From the IMG/VR virus record IMGVR_UViG_3300033144_003548: a DNA stretch of 64,000 nt; one strand, written 5' to 3'. This DNA comes from a virus. The translations under genes were made by a program, and so were the position numbers. A model generated the notes under the pieces. That model did no database searches. It saw only the letters and a program-made list of their open reading frames with translations, and was not told the origin of the DNA. Positions 29,676 to 40,157 of this stretch are shown piece after piece; within the stretch, counting starts at the first letter, position 1, and each line of letters begins with the position of its first letter.

Positions 29676-30612
29676 AAATTTCCTCTATCTTATCAACTAT
29701 CTTTTGCGTTGACTTACCATCACAATATCCAAGAGCTTTCTCTACCCAATATTCTCTTCTCCCTTTATACTTGTCTGAGTTGGCTAAACTACTCTCTACT
29801 GCTTGTTTAAGACCCGACAAATCGTCACGAGAAACTATCTCACCGAGATCAAGACTTTCAGTCATATTTTCTTTAGCTATCTTCAAGTAACTAGGATATT
29901 GAGGATTATCAATTAACACAATTGGTTTATCAAGAAGAGCAAACTCAAAAACCAGACTAGAAACATCTCCTATAAGCAAATCACAACCCAAGAGATAGTC
30001 AAACTTCCTATCATAATTAGACGCAACCTTCAAATGATATTCATATTTGTTCTTATAACTACACATTTCGTGAGGCATAAAAATTACATTACAATTAGGA
30101 AGCGATTTCACAATGTCCATAAGCTTATCGGCATTGCCAGGTGGTTGAGATGTGTTACTTTTGGTATAGGTAGGAGCAAACAAGATCAGAGGTTTATTAT
30201 CTGCTATCCCGTGACACCTCTTGACAAACTCCTTAAATTCGTGTTGTTTACTCTTATTGTTTATGTAGTAATCTGCCTTGGACCACCCTAAACCAAGAAT
30301 ATTGCCACGCAAGTTATCTTCAAAAAACTTGCTCGGAACAATTACGTAATCCCATTCAGGGTACTCTTGTGCCCAGTTCTTTATGAATGAGACTCCGTGA
30401 AAAATGAGAAAAGAAGGCTTAATAGGAGGTTTTTTGCAAATCCAACTTCCAGTTTGACACCCCAAACTACCTCTAACATTCTTGTCTATATTGTAACTAC
30501 TTGCTTTACCAGCTATAACCACCCAACCTCGCTTCCTCAACTCATCTTCAATAGGACTAAGAACTAGATCGTACTGAGTAAAGTCACGGATTATCTGGAA
30601 CTTCTTCTCCAT
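29668..30612 (-). CDS. CDP-glycerol glycerophosphotransferase (TagF/TagB) family transferase
   Basis: FHG...K, GWSKAD, LFAPTY, PH, D.LIGDVSS..FEF..LDKP; likely start MEKKFQ at 30612. Confidence 0.85.
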   Translation of the reverse strand: MEKKFQIIRDFTQYDLVLSPIEDELRKRGWVVIAGKASSYNIDKNVRGSLGCQTGSWICKKPPIKPSFLIFHGVSFIKNWAQEYPEWDYVIVPSKFFEDNLRGNILGLGWSKADYYINNKSKQHEFKEFVKRCHGIADNKPLILFAPTYTKSNTSQPPGNADKLMDIVKSLPNCNVIFMPHEMCSYKNKYEYHLKVASNYDRKFDYLLGCDLLIGDVSSLVFEFALLDKPIVLIDNPQYPSYLKIAKENMTESLDLGEIVSRDDLSGLKQAVESSLANSDKYKGRREYWVEKALGYCDGKSTQKIVDKIEEICG

Positions 30613-32056
30613 CCCTTTCACTCCTACCAAAACCACCACCAGGTGAAGAGAATGGAACGAATGGAGCTTCACGGATATTCTTCTCCTTGTAGTCCTGATC
30701 TTCCTTAGCAATTCTCTCCATCTCAGTAGCTTGATCAATACCTTGCAATTGGAGTCTAGTCCTCCTTGACATAGAACCCTCTCTATACAAATCCCTTGTA
30801 ATAATATTCAGGTCAACTAAACTGTATAATCTCATTGGTGTAAAGGCTGGAACAGGGGCATTCTTAAAACTATTCTTCTCCTTTATCTCATCGTATAGAT
30901 CCACAGTCCAAGCAAGAAGTTTAGACCTAATCGCCTCAAGAGTAGCGATAGGTGAAAAAGTAGCAATGTCAGAACCACCCTCAACGTTTGACCTTAAAGT
31001 TTCACCAGTAATTAGTGTACGAGGAAAGCCAAAACCAGCAATAATGTCATCATCAACTGTACTGTACTTCTCTCTGTTCAGCATAGCTGCGGTATCAGGA
31101 GCTACCCACTCAATAGTTAGAGTGTGGTTAGCAAAAAGCTGGAAAACCTTCTCAACCTGACCCTTTGCAGTTCTATAGTTCATTTGACTCTTAATGTAAT
31201 CAAAATCTTTGTCGTCTGTCACAGGAAAATCATCACTACCAAGTTTTATCAATTGGATAGCAGCGATAACTCTCGCTGCAATAGAATAATCCATTTTCCT
31301 CAAATTTCTCTTGTGCATCAAAGCCTCTAAAGCGTTTGTCATATATGGAATAGGATATGGATCTTCTGGCAAACATCTTGACAGAATCGGTCTTACGTTC
31401 TCCAAAAGGATTTCGACCTTAGTTCCTCTTTGATTCTGAATCGCTTTAACAAATTCAGGGTAATTGTCTACAAAGGCTTGATACGTTTCCTTATCTACAG
31501 ACCCGTCTGGTCTTTTCCCTTTGTTCTTGATGAACTGAACAGTCTCTGAACTAACCTGAACATAATAATCTTTTCTGTTTGGAATAGGAGACGATTTAAC
31601 TGTTATAGTAGCGGGGTCTCTAAACCAAATATTATCGGGGACCCAAACCCTCGTTCTTGAATTTAGAAGAGGAGTCAACTTTGCACCACTAACTCTTGCC
31701 CACTCATAATGAGGCACAACTAGACCAGATAGCAGATATTCCAAGCAAACGTTTCTGTAGAATTCTTCAAGCATACTATGTAAAGACTCATAAACGGCAA
31801 ACTCTTCGTCAGTACATTGAGCTTTTTGATTCATTAAAGGAGAAATCGCAAAGTCTACCATTTTGTTTGTCACAGTACCAGCAATTGGGTCGTGCTTATA
31901 AAAGAAACGACACATCTTGATTAAATCCTTATATTTCTTTGGTAGTTCCATATAATCAACAACACTACCAAAGACAGTGCCTGTCTGATTAGGATCATCA
32001 AGTAAATTAACTGATGCTTGTGCCAGTTTTAAATTCTTTTTAGTTGTTGCTGCCAT
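30584..32056 (-). CDS. Portal protein
   Basis: 490 aa directly after terminase; CRFFYKHDP, GFPR. Confidence 0.8.
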   Translation of the reverse strand: MAATTKKNLKLAQASVNLLDDPNQTGTVFGSVVDYMELPKKYKDLIKMCRFFYKHDPIAGTVTNKMVDFAISPLMNQKAQCTDEEFAVYESLHSMLEEFYRNVCLEYLLSGLVVPHYEWARVSGAKLTPLLNSRTRVWVPDNIWFRDPATITVKSSPIPNRKDYYVQVSSETVQFIKNKGKRPDGSVDKETYQAFVDNYPEFVKAIQNQRGTKVEILLENVRPILSRCLPEDPYPIPYMTNALEALMHKRNLRKMDYSIAARVIAAIQLIKLGSDDFPVTDDKDFDYIKSQMNYRTAKGQVEKVFQLFANHTLTIEWVAPDTAAMLNREKYSTVDDDIIAGFGFPRTLITGETLRSNVEGGSDIATFSPIATLEAIRSKLLAWTVDLYDEIKEKNSFKNAPVPAFTPMRLYSLVDLNIITRDLYREGSMSRRTRLQLQGIDQATEMERIAKEDQDYKEKNIREAPFVPFSSPGGGFGRSERDGEEVPDNP

Positions 32057-32059
32057 TTA

Positions 32060-33649
32060 TTACCTCGTAACGGTTGATGTATGCCAACCGCCTTGTGCTA
32101 AATCGCTATACTTACCTTTACCTTTTGGTTTTTCTGGAGAATAGAACTCGTAATAATAACCATAGACCCAAGTAAGCAAGGATGCTAAAATGTGGTCATC
32201 ACCTTTCTGACCACCCGTTGGTGAATAAACGAAGTATTTAGGTTGCCCTAACATATCCCTAGTAAACCCAACCCTCTCAAGCTCGGCAATCATATCGTCA
32301 TCTTTTTCGGAGAAGATTATAAGCTGATCGTTCTGACTCCACTTCTGCAAAGTTTGGATAGTAAACTTCTTAATCCTGTCTTTTACTTCTTTACCTTCCT
32401 CATCATAACCAGTTACCACGTTACCCTGGAAATCCACCAAGGTGAGTCTCTTTTCATAGTTCTTACCTTTGAACTCTTCAAGATCTTGTAACATTTGTCC
32501 TAAAGCCAATCCAGAACTACCAGCATCAAGAGTGATCATATTAAATCGGTAGACATTATCCAACCAGTCAATTATTTTGGCTTGCATTGGGTATTTAATT
32601 CTACGCAACTCATATCTAAGAAATATCCTCCACAAGTCACGCTGACGGTAGAGAATAGTAATCATAGTAGGTTCATTCGAGAAACCAGCATCTATCGCAC
32701 ACGCAATTAGTTCTGGTTGGATTTGTATAGGTAAGTCAGGAGCTTTAAGAATCTCATTGAATTTGCCACCAACTTGTTCTAGGGTCAAGTTGTTAAGAAT
32801 GCCAAGTGTAACTTCGTAATCCTCAATTTTCATCAGCTTACGATCAAAAACTGAGAATGCTGGCGAGCCGTGCTGCCCCATCACAAGATGGATATAGTCG
32901 TCACCCTCCTCACCACCATACTGCTTCAAATCAGCCCTATGTTGTGCTTTGGTATAACGTGAACTTTGCAGCCTAGAAACATTGTGTCTAGACCACCTTT
33001 TGTCAACCTGATCAGCTTCATAGAGGATATTCTTCTCACGCATACCATTAGGTACGCCACTAAGCCACATTTGAAATTTATCATCCCAGGTTGTCAAACA
33101 CTGTTGTAAAGAGTTCCAAGCAGTGTAGTTAAATACTTGAGCTTCGTCAACAAAGATGCAAGGAATGTGAAGACCGATAATATTACTATCTGCGGAAGAT
33201 CCAACAATTCTGCAACGAATTGTAGATCCATTAAGAAGTTTGATAAGATGCTCAGAAAAGTTTATACTCATCCTATCAACAAAATTTTTAAGGAAGGGTT
33301 GTCTTCTAAAGAACTGAGTAATACGTAAGAACACGGGTTCGAGTTGTGCCTTGTTTTGGACAACAAGAACTACTTCATTAGCACTAGCTCTATGGTACTT
33401 ACCAGATACAGCATTAAAAATAATCTTGTTTTCAAGACTGACAGTTTTACCAGTAGAACGTCCAGTACAAACACTAACATAAGGAGACTCGTCAAGAAGC
33501 ATCATTTTTTGGTAGTTATCAAATCTCCAACCAGTTCCCTCTTCTATCTCATCATCGGTACTCCTTACAAATTCACTGAATAAAACTATATCATCTAAAA
33601 GTTCAAGAACAGCTAGATCGCCTTCATCAAGAGTCTGTTTCTCCTTCAT
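32060..33649 (-). CDS. terL: Terminase large subunit
   Basis: Q-motif, GRSTGKT Walker A, FVDEAQ Walker B, AID and DDH nuclease acidic residues. Confidence 0.92.
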   Translation of the reverse strand: MKEKQTLDEGDLAVLELLDDIVLFSEFVRSTDDEIEEGTGWRFDNYQKMMLLDESPYVSVCTGRSTGKTVSLENKIIFNAVSGKYHRASANEVVLVVQNKAQLEPVFLRITQFFRRQPFLKNFVDRMSINFSEHLIKLLNGSTIRCRIVGSSADSNIIGLHIPCIFVDEAQVFNYTAWNSLQQCLTTWDDKFQMWLSGVPNGMREKNILYEADQVDKRWSRHNVSRLQSSRYTKAQHRADLKQYGGEEGDDYIHLVMGQHGSPAFSVFDRKLMKIEDYEVTLGILNNLTLEQVGGKFNEILKAPDLPIQIQPELIACAIDAGFSNEPTMITILYRQRDLWRIFLRYELRRIKYPMQAKIIDWLDNVYRFNMITLDAGSSGLALGQMLQDLEEFKGKNYEKRLTLVDFQGNVVTGYDEEGKEVKDRIKKFTIQTLQKWSQNDQLIIFSEKDDDMIAELERVGFTRDMLGQPKYFVYSPTGGQKGDDHILASLLTWVYGYYYEFYSPEKPKGKGKYSDLAQGGWHTSTVTR

Positions 33650-34178
33650 TGGTATTCACCATTTTGCCACATCTAGGGCATTCCACGTCAAAATTGTACT
33701 TTATAAGCTCAATAGGTTTTTTCTCCACAGCTATTGAACCTTTTTCACCTTTTTCGGTGATATATATGTAATATTTCATAATCGGTAGGTTGCAATCCTT
33801 ACACCTGAGAATCCTCAATCTAGAGTTCAAAACTTTTTTTGCCTGATCTTTAAGTTTATCAATGTAGCTAATAACACTCTCTTCACTCTCGCTTTGACGC
33901 TTTCTCCTGTCAACACCAAGAGTAGTCTGAAGATTAGTATAGGAATTAACGTGGTCACGAATAGCAGTACTTAAATCTTTAACTTTCTTAGTATCAGCAC
34001 CAACCGATTTCAATGCTGCTAATTCGCTTTGAAGCTTCTCAATAATAATCTCCTCTTGGGCAAGCTGCCTCAAAGAAGCCAGGTCATTAGCTCTATTAAG
34101 ATCGTCTACTTCGTATGTCTCAAGATAAGTATTAAGTTTTTGCTCTATTTCGTAACCTTTCGGTTTCCTACCTGCCAT
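33627..34178 (-). CDS. Terminase small subunit (putative) with Zn ribbon
   Basis: Upstream of terL; LGVDR motif; CxxC..CxxC. Confidence 0.65.
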   Translation of the reverse strand: MAGRKPKGYEIEQKLNTYLETYEVDDLNRANDLASLRQLAQEEIIIEKLQSELAALKSVGADTKKVKDLSTAIRDHVNSYTNLQTTLGVDRRKRQSESEESVISYIDKLKDQAKKVLNSRLRILRCKDCNLPIMKYYIYITEKGEKGSIAVEKKPIELIKYNFDVECPRCGKMVNTNEGETDS

Positions 34179-34407
34179 TATATCCGTCCCTTATAATCAA
34201 TCGTCCATCATCAGATATGTCGTATCTATCACCTAGATAGACCAGAGCTAGGGTTGGTCGTCTCCTTCTATTCTTCTCCTCGTACTGTAAAAATCTTGTC
34301 CAAGGTGCTTTAGCTTGTATAGCTTCTTTATGCTCTTTGTAACATTTAGGACAATACCAACCCCGACTGATTCTTTTCAAACATATCGAACATAAAAATT
34401 CTCTCAT
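34168..34407 (-). CDS. Small Zn-finger protein
   Basis: CSIC..CPKC. Confidence 0.6.
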   Translation of the reverse strand: MREFLCSICLKRISRGWYCPKCYKEHKEAIQAKAPWTRFLQYEEKNRRRRPTLALVYLGDRYDISDDGRLIIRDGYNGR

Positions 34408-34425
34408 CGGGTTTCACCTTCGTAA

Positions 34426-36465
34426 TTAGGTTTCCCGAATATCACCTAAATCAATTGGACAAATATCGTCCTCACACTCAACACATAAAGTCTGCAATAC
34501 TTGGCTAGACCTGCTATTATTACGAAAAACCGTAACCCCTTTGAGATTCATATCATAAGCCAGTTTAATAGCTTTTTCTACTTCCTCAATAGTGGCTTCA
34601 TACGGTAGATTAATCGTCTTAGATATAGAATTGTTAATGTGCCTTTGAAACGCAGCCTGCATCTTGATGTGCCAATCTGGAGAAATCTCCAAAGCAGTTT
34701 TGAATACACGCTGCCACTTATCGGGAACATCGGTTAACCCAAAAACGCAACCACCCGATCTTATTATTTTATTAATAAGCTCAGGCTTATACCAACCCTC
34801 TCTTTTGCTGATTTCCTCAAAAAGTGGGCTTACCTCAAAAAATGTATTGCCCTCTAATATGTTAGCCTTTTGATATACTACAGCAAATAAAGGCTCTATA
34901 CCACTTGATGTTTCCGCAATAATGCTGATACTACCCGTTGGTGCAATTGTAGTGAGTGTAGCATTTCTCTGCGGAGAATGCACCGTTGATCTGGTAATAT
35001 TGGGAAAGTCACCACGCTCTTCCGCCAACTTTGCGGATGCCTTCCTCGCCTCTACATTTATAAAGTCCATCACTTCCTCAGCAACGTTCAAAGCTTCATC
35101 AGAGTCATAGGGAATCTCTAATCTTATGAGCATATTAGCAAACCCCATAACCCCAAGACCTATTTTGCGATTACCTTGACACGTTTCCTTAATTTTATCA
35201 AGAGGATAGTTAGATACGTCAAGAACATTGTCTAAGAATCTAACTGCGTGATGAACTACCTTCCTCAACGAGCTATAGATCACTTTACCATCATCAACGA
35301 ACTTCTCAAGATTAATAGAACCTAATACACACGCTTCATAAGGAAGCAAATCCTGTTCTGCACACAAGTTCTTTATCAAATGACCCAATTCTGGAGTTGG
35401 ATTATCTTCCTCCATCTTATCCCAAAAAACGATCCCAGGTTCGCCATTAGTCCAGGCTGATTCAGCTAATTGCCTAAACAAGTGTCTAGCACTTATCTCA
35501 CGAACAACCTGATTAGTTTTCGGGTTAATTAATGGAAACTTAGAATCGTTCTTAACTGCTCGCATAAATTCATCAGTAATTGCTACTGATATATTAAAAT
35601 TATTGAATTTTGTTTCATCATTCTTGCAACCTACGAACTCAACAATGTCTGGATGAGACACTAGCATTAAACCCAAGTTACCACCACGTCTTATGCCGCC
35701 CTGCTTGATGACATCGCTAGTCATATCGTAGACTCTCATAAAATCTATAGGTCCACTAGCAATACCTTCAGTGGTCTTAACAGGATCACCTTTTGGTCTC
35801 AATTTGGAAAGGTTCAATCCAACACCACCACCAGTCTTCTGAACAACGGCACAATCCTTTGCAGTTTGGAAAATATCCTCGATGGAATCACCTACCTCAA
35901 ACGCATAGCAAGCAAAGAGGTAATTAAGCTCATCATTACCAGCATTGGCTAGACACGGTGTGTTAGGTAAGAAATATCTGTTTGCCATCAAGTTATAAAA
36001 AGCTCTGCTCCAGTAATCAGGATTACTACCGTAATTCTTTTCTACAGAAGCAACAGCTTTCGCTACTCTACGGAACATTTGAGATGGAGTTTCTTTCTTG
36101 CCATTAAATCTCTTCAAGTATCTTTTCTCAAGCAAAGACAGAGCATTTACACCAAATTTAAGATCGTCCTCTACACCAATCACTTGTCTAAATCCACGAA
36201 CTTGTGCTCGTTGTGCCCTGTAAAGAATATAAGCTTTGGCAAGCTTAGAGCTACCAGATTTGATTAATCCGTCCTCTACTTTATCTTGAATCTCCTCAAC
36301 AGATATTTCTCTGTTACCGTTAAGATTATTAGTCACCGTATCAGCAATAGTTTTCGCAAGTTGTTCGTTCACCTCATCAACCGCAACCATAGCTTTTATA
36401 ACGGCATTCACAATCTTCTCGGAATTGTACTTTACAATTCTACCATCACGTTTAATTACTCTCAT
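34426..36465 (-). CDS. nrdJ: Class II (B12-dependent) ribonucleotide reductase with ATP cone
   Basis: VIKRDG cone, PNTP, FAC, GGGVG, NLCAE, TIAPTG, SISKTIN, C-terminal Cys pair; no beta subunit nearby. Confidence 0.88.
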   Translation of the reverse strand: MRVIKRDGRIVKYNSEKIVNAVIKAMVAVDEVNEQLAKTIADTVTNNLNGNREISVEEIQDKVEDGLIKSGSSKLAKAYILYRAQRAQVRGFRQVIGVEDDLKFGVNALSLLEKRYLKRFNGKKETPSQMFRRVAKAVASVEKNYGSNPDYWSRAFYNLMANRYFLPNTPCLANAGNDELNYLFACYAFEVGDSIEDIFQTAKDCAVVQKTGGGVGLNLSKLRPKGDPVKTTEGIASGPIDFMRVYDMTSDVIKQGGIRRGGNLGLMLVSHPDIVEFVGCKNDETKFNNFNISVAITDEFMRAVKNDSKFPLINPKTNQVVREISARHLFRQLAESAWTNGEPGIVFWDKMEEDNPTPELGHLIKNLCAEQDLLPYEACVLGSINLEKFVDDGKVIYSSLRKVVHHAVRFLDNVLDVSNYPLDKIKETCQGNRKIGLGVMGFANMLIRLEIPYDSDEALNVAEEVMDFINVEARKASAKLAEERGDFPNITRSTVHSPQRNATLTTIAPTGSISIIAETSSGIEPLFAVVYQKANILEGNTFFEVSPLFEEISKREGWYKPELINKIIRSGGCVFGLTDVPDKWQRVFKTALEISPDWHIKMQAAFQRHINNSISKTINLPYEATIEEVEKAIKLAYDMNLKGVTVFRNNSRSSQVLQTLCVECEDDICPIDLGDIRET

Positions 36466-36473
36466 CTGCCCAC

Positions 36474-36620
36474 CTATGTCGTTGTTACCAGCTTGCCATC
36501 ACTATCAACTTTAACGATCTCGTAGTTATTATCACCCACTTTACCGACAAGCAACACTACTTTGCAATTATCGTTAAAACCTAATTCTTGTATAAGTTCT
36601 TTAAGCTCCGCTAATGTCAT
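36474..36620 (-). CDS. 48-aa hypothetical protein
   Basis: Own translation MTLAELKELIQELG...; fills operon gap. Confidence 0.5.
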   Translation of the reverse strand: MTLAELKELIQELGFNDNCKVVLLVGKVGDNNYEIVKVDSDGKLVTTT

Positions 36621-36626
36621 TCTTCT

Positions 36627-37100
36627 TTACCTCGTGTCGTATATTCCCGAACCTTTCCGATTCCAATACTTCTTCCAATGCTTTAAAACCCGCACTGCCT
36701 CATCAAAATTTTTGACCATTCTAGTAGCATAGTACTCCATCCAACCACCAACGTGATTTTCAGCAATAACCAGGGTTGGTTTGTTTGCTATCCAAGTACA
36801 ATAATAAAACTCACCTGCTGTCCCCCAACTTGCTGTATCACCAGTTAACACTACCAGAGCATCAACTTCACGTAGATCGCTCAAATCCCTTTGTATAACT
36901 TCTTGGATAGACAAACCATTTTTGAAAGCATCGCCAGTAATTTTTGTAGTACCTTTTAAATGTTGCTTTCCACGCATTGGAGTCCGACACTTAATTCCTA
37001 TCGCATTAAGTTTTTTTACCATTTCATCACGAGAAGCAACAGCTTCATCATAACTGAGGTTGGCAATCCTCCCTGCTAAATAAACCTCAAAATCCTTCAC
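36627..37100 (-). CDS. Nucleoside 2-deoxyribosyltransferase-like protein
   Basis: VYLAG, RDL, DALVV, SWGTAGE, KP. Confidence 0.75.
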   Translation of the reverse strand: MKDFEVYLAGRIANLSYDEAVASRDEMVKKLNAIGIKCRTPMRGKQHLKGTTKITGDAFKNGLSIQEVIQRDLSDLREVDALVVLTGDTASWGTAGEFYYCTWIANKPTLVIAENHVGGWMEYYATRMVKNFDEAVRVLKHWKKYWNRKGSGIYDTR

Positions 37101-37111
37101 TTTCCTCTCCT

Positions 37112-37546
37112 TTACTGTGTTCCAGTTGAACCGAAACCTCCTTCTCCTCTTTTCGTTTCTGATAGGTGACTAACCACCTTGATTTGTGTTGGAACTAATT
37201 TAACTAATTTTGCCTGAGCTATTCTAGACCCAAAGCCAAAAGCTTCAACACGATTTACAAATAAACCATAAAGGTTTATCATAATCTCCCCACGATAGTC
37301 TGAGTCAATTATTGCGGGTGCGTTTGGAATAATTATTCCCCTTCCAGCAATACCACTCCTGGGATAAACCTCTAGACAATACCCTTCTGGTATCTCGACA
37401 GCTATTCCAGTGTGTGCCTTTACTAGCTGTCCATTAGTAATCATTACATCTTCACTAATTGATAAATCAAAGCACGCTGACCCATCTGTAGCCAATCTCG
37501 GAATTTTTGCCTTGTTGTTAAGTTTCTTTACTTTCAAAACTACCAT
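37112..37546 (-). CDS. dut: Trimeric dUTPase
   Basis: FDL, PRSG, IDSDYRGE, RIAQ, RGEGGFGSTG. Confidence 0.95.
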   Translation of the reverse strand: MVVLKVKKLNNKAKIPRLATDGSACFDLSISEDVMITNGQLVKAHTGIAVEIPEGYCLEVYPRSGIAGRGIIIPNAPAIIDSDYRGEIMINLYGLFVNRVEAFGFGSRIAQAKLVKLVPTQIKVVSHLSETKRGEGGFGSTGTQ

Positions 37547-38110
37547 CTATTCTATCCTATCCACCAGTCCTATCTCCAGACTCTCGGTACTGCTAAAGAA
37601 TCTAGGAAGATTATCGGTAAGTAATTTTTTCCACCAGGACTCAGTATATTTATTGCACCTGGCTGCAACCATTCTTGAATATTCCCCCTGAAAGAATTTA
37701 AGCAATTTATCCTCAGCTTCACGGTTTCTCATATCACCGACACTGGTCGCTGTAAGACCGTGTGCCATAAGAACGTCCATTCCACCCATAACTCTTTCAT
37801 CACAGGCTTGAAGAATAAAAAATGCCATTGACATAGCCTGACCATAGACCTTACCAATGACGTTAATCCCTTGTCTCTGAGCCTCTCTTATCGCAGTAAT
37901 GCAGCCATTACCATACTCGGCATTACCACCATTAGATGAAATAAGGATGGTAATTGGTTTCTTGCTATCTAGACAAAGAAGCTTCATATCTTCAATAAAG
38001 GTATGTGCTGTGCCACTATCAATTTCACCCCAAATCCCGACTATCCTTGCCTTACGCAGCATAAGTCGTTCTAGTTCAGTTGTTGCCCCAATAACACTTT
38101 CAGATTCCAT
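37547..38110 (-). CDS. clpP: ClpP-like protease subunit
   Basis: GEID, SSNGG, AMSMA (Ser), LMAH (His), GLVD. Confidence 0.85.
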   Translation of the reverse strand: MESESVIGATTELERLMLRKARIVGIWGEIDSGTAHTFIEDMKLLCLDSKKPITILISSNGGNAEYGNGCITAIREAQRQGINVIGKVYGQAMSMAFFILQACDERVMGGMDVLMAHGLTATSVGDMRNREAEDKLLKFFQGEYSRMVAARCNKYTESWWKKLLTDNLPRFFSSTESLEIGLVDRIE

Positions 38111-38331
38111 TAATCAATCCACTCCGTTTTCCTTAGTATAATTTTTGCAGTTTCTTTATCCCTGTCGTGCTTCATTTGAGGAAGAACAGACTTAAAGACA
38201 CGTCTTATTAATTCCTGCTCCTCATAATCGAAAGTAATGTTACCAATGAACCCTTCAATCCTACCCCTAGTAGTTTTAAGTTTACTTATCAGACTGCTAA
38301 ATTCTCTAGAGATAGTGTCATACTGTCTCAT
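38110..38331 (-). CDS. Hypothetical protein (near-leaderless)
   Basis: ATG 5 nt from -10 box. Confidence 0.55.
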   Translation of the reverse strand: MRQYDTISREFSSLISKLKTTRGRIEGFIGNITFDYEEQELIRRVFKSVLPQMKHDRDKETAKIILRKTEWID

Positions 38332-38335
38332 CATT

Positions 38336-38364
38336 ATTATACCATATTAATAGTTAATTGTCAA
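38336..38364 (-). promoter_or_regulatory. Sigma-A promoter
   Basis: TTGACAATTAACTATTAATATGGTATAAT. Confidence 0.85.
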
Positions 38365-38366
38365 GC

Positions 38367-38845
38367 CTAACCACCCTGAGAGCACCTGCTACAAGTATGC
38401 CAAATCTCGTCCCAACTTCTGCCAGTCTCCTTAGCCACAACAGACTCATATTCAGGGTGTGCTAGTGAATAATCACCTCTCCTCAAAGGTTCTGCTATGT
38501 CACGAATGTGAAGACAACACCAAAAACAAATCTGTCTCCCGTTGAAAAGTGGGCAGTTAATAAAACTCTCAGCATACCTAGCATCTCTGATGCTTCTATG
38601 TTCATTTGGGGCTGCTTTTTCTAAAATACACTTCATTTCCAACCTCTCCTCTTTAAATAGTTGTATATCGCCACTTCGACCTTACCAATATTATCCATTA
38701 GCTCAAACATCGTAAATGTTATTTTATTTTGAGCGTGACGTTCAACAGTTTGATCCTCAGTATTAAGAGCCTCAAACCCGTTAATAATCTCTCCCAACCT
38801 CTCCTGATTTTTGCGGAGGTTTTTAATTATCTCCGATTTCCTCAT
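38367..38845 (-). CDS. Two small hypothetical proteins (38367-38642 Cys-rich; 38633-38845)
   Basis: ORF track, overlapping operon arrangement. Confidence 0.55.
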
Positions 38846-38972
38846 CTATATAGTACAAATATTATATATTCTTAGAAGTACATTAAGAGGTACTTATTAT
38901 ATTCTATGATCTTATATAAAACGCCTCAAAATGCCCTGGAAATTATCTAGCTGCCAATAAAAAATTTTTAAA

Positions 38973-39341
38973 TTATCTATCCAGGTGGTATTTGATATTT
39001 AACATTCCACCATATTTTTGACATTTAGTACATATTCCAGTTTTATTATCTACTCGTATACTACGCCCACATAACTTACACACATCAGGACAAAGAGATT
39101 TAACTAAATCTGGTTTGTCTTTAACAAATTGATCAATGGTGACAAACTCATTTATAAGTCCTCGATGTATCATTCTGTGACAATTCGGGCAAGCATATGT
39201 TAAATTTTTCAATGACCAGTGTGATCTATTACCATCAATGTGATGAACGTCACAAGCAGTTTGTTTCCACCCACAATAAAAACACCCCACTTTAATCAGC
39301 ACTCTTCTTATAAAATTAACGTTCTTTTTTATTCTTAACAT
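38973..39341 (-). CDS. HNH endonuclease
   Basis: CFYCG, VHHIDGN, NL...CPNCH...H. Confidence 0.88.
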   Translation of the reverse strand: MLRIKKNVNFIRRVLIKVGCFYCGWKQTACDVHHIDGNRSHWSLKNLTYACPNCHRMIHRGLINEFVTIDQFVKDKPDLVKSLCPDVCKLCGRSIRVDNKTGICTKCQKYGGMLNIKYHLDR

Positions 39342-39906
39342 CTATAATATCATCCATCTGCTTCTTTAATTCATCAATGTGCTTGTCAGTATAAAGGATA
39401 ATTCGTCCAACCCTCTTTCCCGAATCTAAATCAATTGGCATATCTATATGGTGACCACGAAATTGATGTCTACCATTTTTTACACTTCTCCAATACCTCC
39501 CATTTTCAGTATTGACAAAAGCGTGAATATTAAACTTACGTTTCCTATAATAAATAACGTAATCAACACCTAGAAGATCCGTTTTTTCATCATAAACAAC
39601 TTTCTTGAAGTGCTTCCGTAATAAAAACCCCAAATGGTATTCCCGAACATATGAGAGATAAGCTCTCTTCAATCTTGAAACCACACCTCTGTATTTTAAA
39701 TCTGGAAATTTTTCTTTGAAAGTTCTAATGAATTCTTCCTGTGTTGGGGGAACTTCTTCTTTTATCAGTTCCCTGAAAGTCGTTAGCATAAATGGTAACG
39801 ACCTATTCTCTACATCCTCTCCCCGAAATTTTGGTTTACTAATCTTATATTTGGAGAGAACCTCTTCCAACTCTTCAATTTTCATCCATATTCCCCTTTT
39901 AGGCAC
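39316..39906 (-). CDS. PD-(D/E)xK endonuclease (TaqI-like, putative)
   Basis: PPTQEEF, RL.RAY.S.VRE, D..GVD. Confidence 0.5.
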   Translation of the reverse strand: MPKRGIWMKIEELEEVLSKYKISKPKFRGEDVENRSLPFMLTTFRELIKEEVPPTQEEFIRTFKEKFPDLKYRGVVSRLKRAYLSYVREYHLGFLLRKHFKKVVYDEKTDLLGVDYVIYYRKRKFNIHAFVNTENGRYWRSVKNGRHQFRGHHIDMPIDLDSGKRVGRIILYTDKHIDELKKQMDDIIDVKNKKER

Positions 39907-40156
39907 AAAGAATTAGACTATGATCCCTCATATCTAAGAAAATCACGTCTAGTCTTCGTTTACTAGGGTCACCGTCATCATCTTCTGGATATTCATAGGT
40001 AATTTTTTCAATGTTGCACTCTCTACACTTCCACGCAGAACGGTGAGAAGCCAGGTGAGTATAGAGGTATCTCATTGGTCTATCACATCCAGGACAAATG
40101 GGTGAATTTTTGTAAACACGATATTTTTCTCCCATTGATGTCTCCTTTATCATCGT
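39899..40156 (-). CDS. Zn-ribbon protein
   Basis: CPGC..CREC; start uncertain. Confidence 0.55.
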   Translation of the reverse strand, partial: TMIKETSMGEKYRVYKNSPICPGCDRPMRYLYTHLASHRSAWKCRECNIEKITYEYPEDDDGDPSKRRLDVIFLDMRDHSLILCA

Positions 40157-40157
40157 G

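Noticed and set aside
26656-30612. Phosphonate biosynthesis cluster
   Set aside because: No PEP mutase or phosphonopyruvate decarboxylase in window; cannot be supported
32060-36465. Inteins or introns in terL / nrdJ
   Set aside because: Both ORFs are continuous, normal length, without splicing motifs
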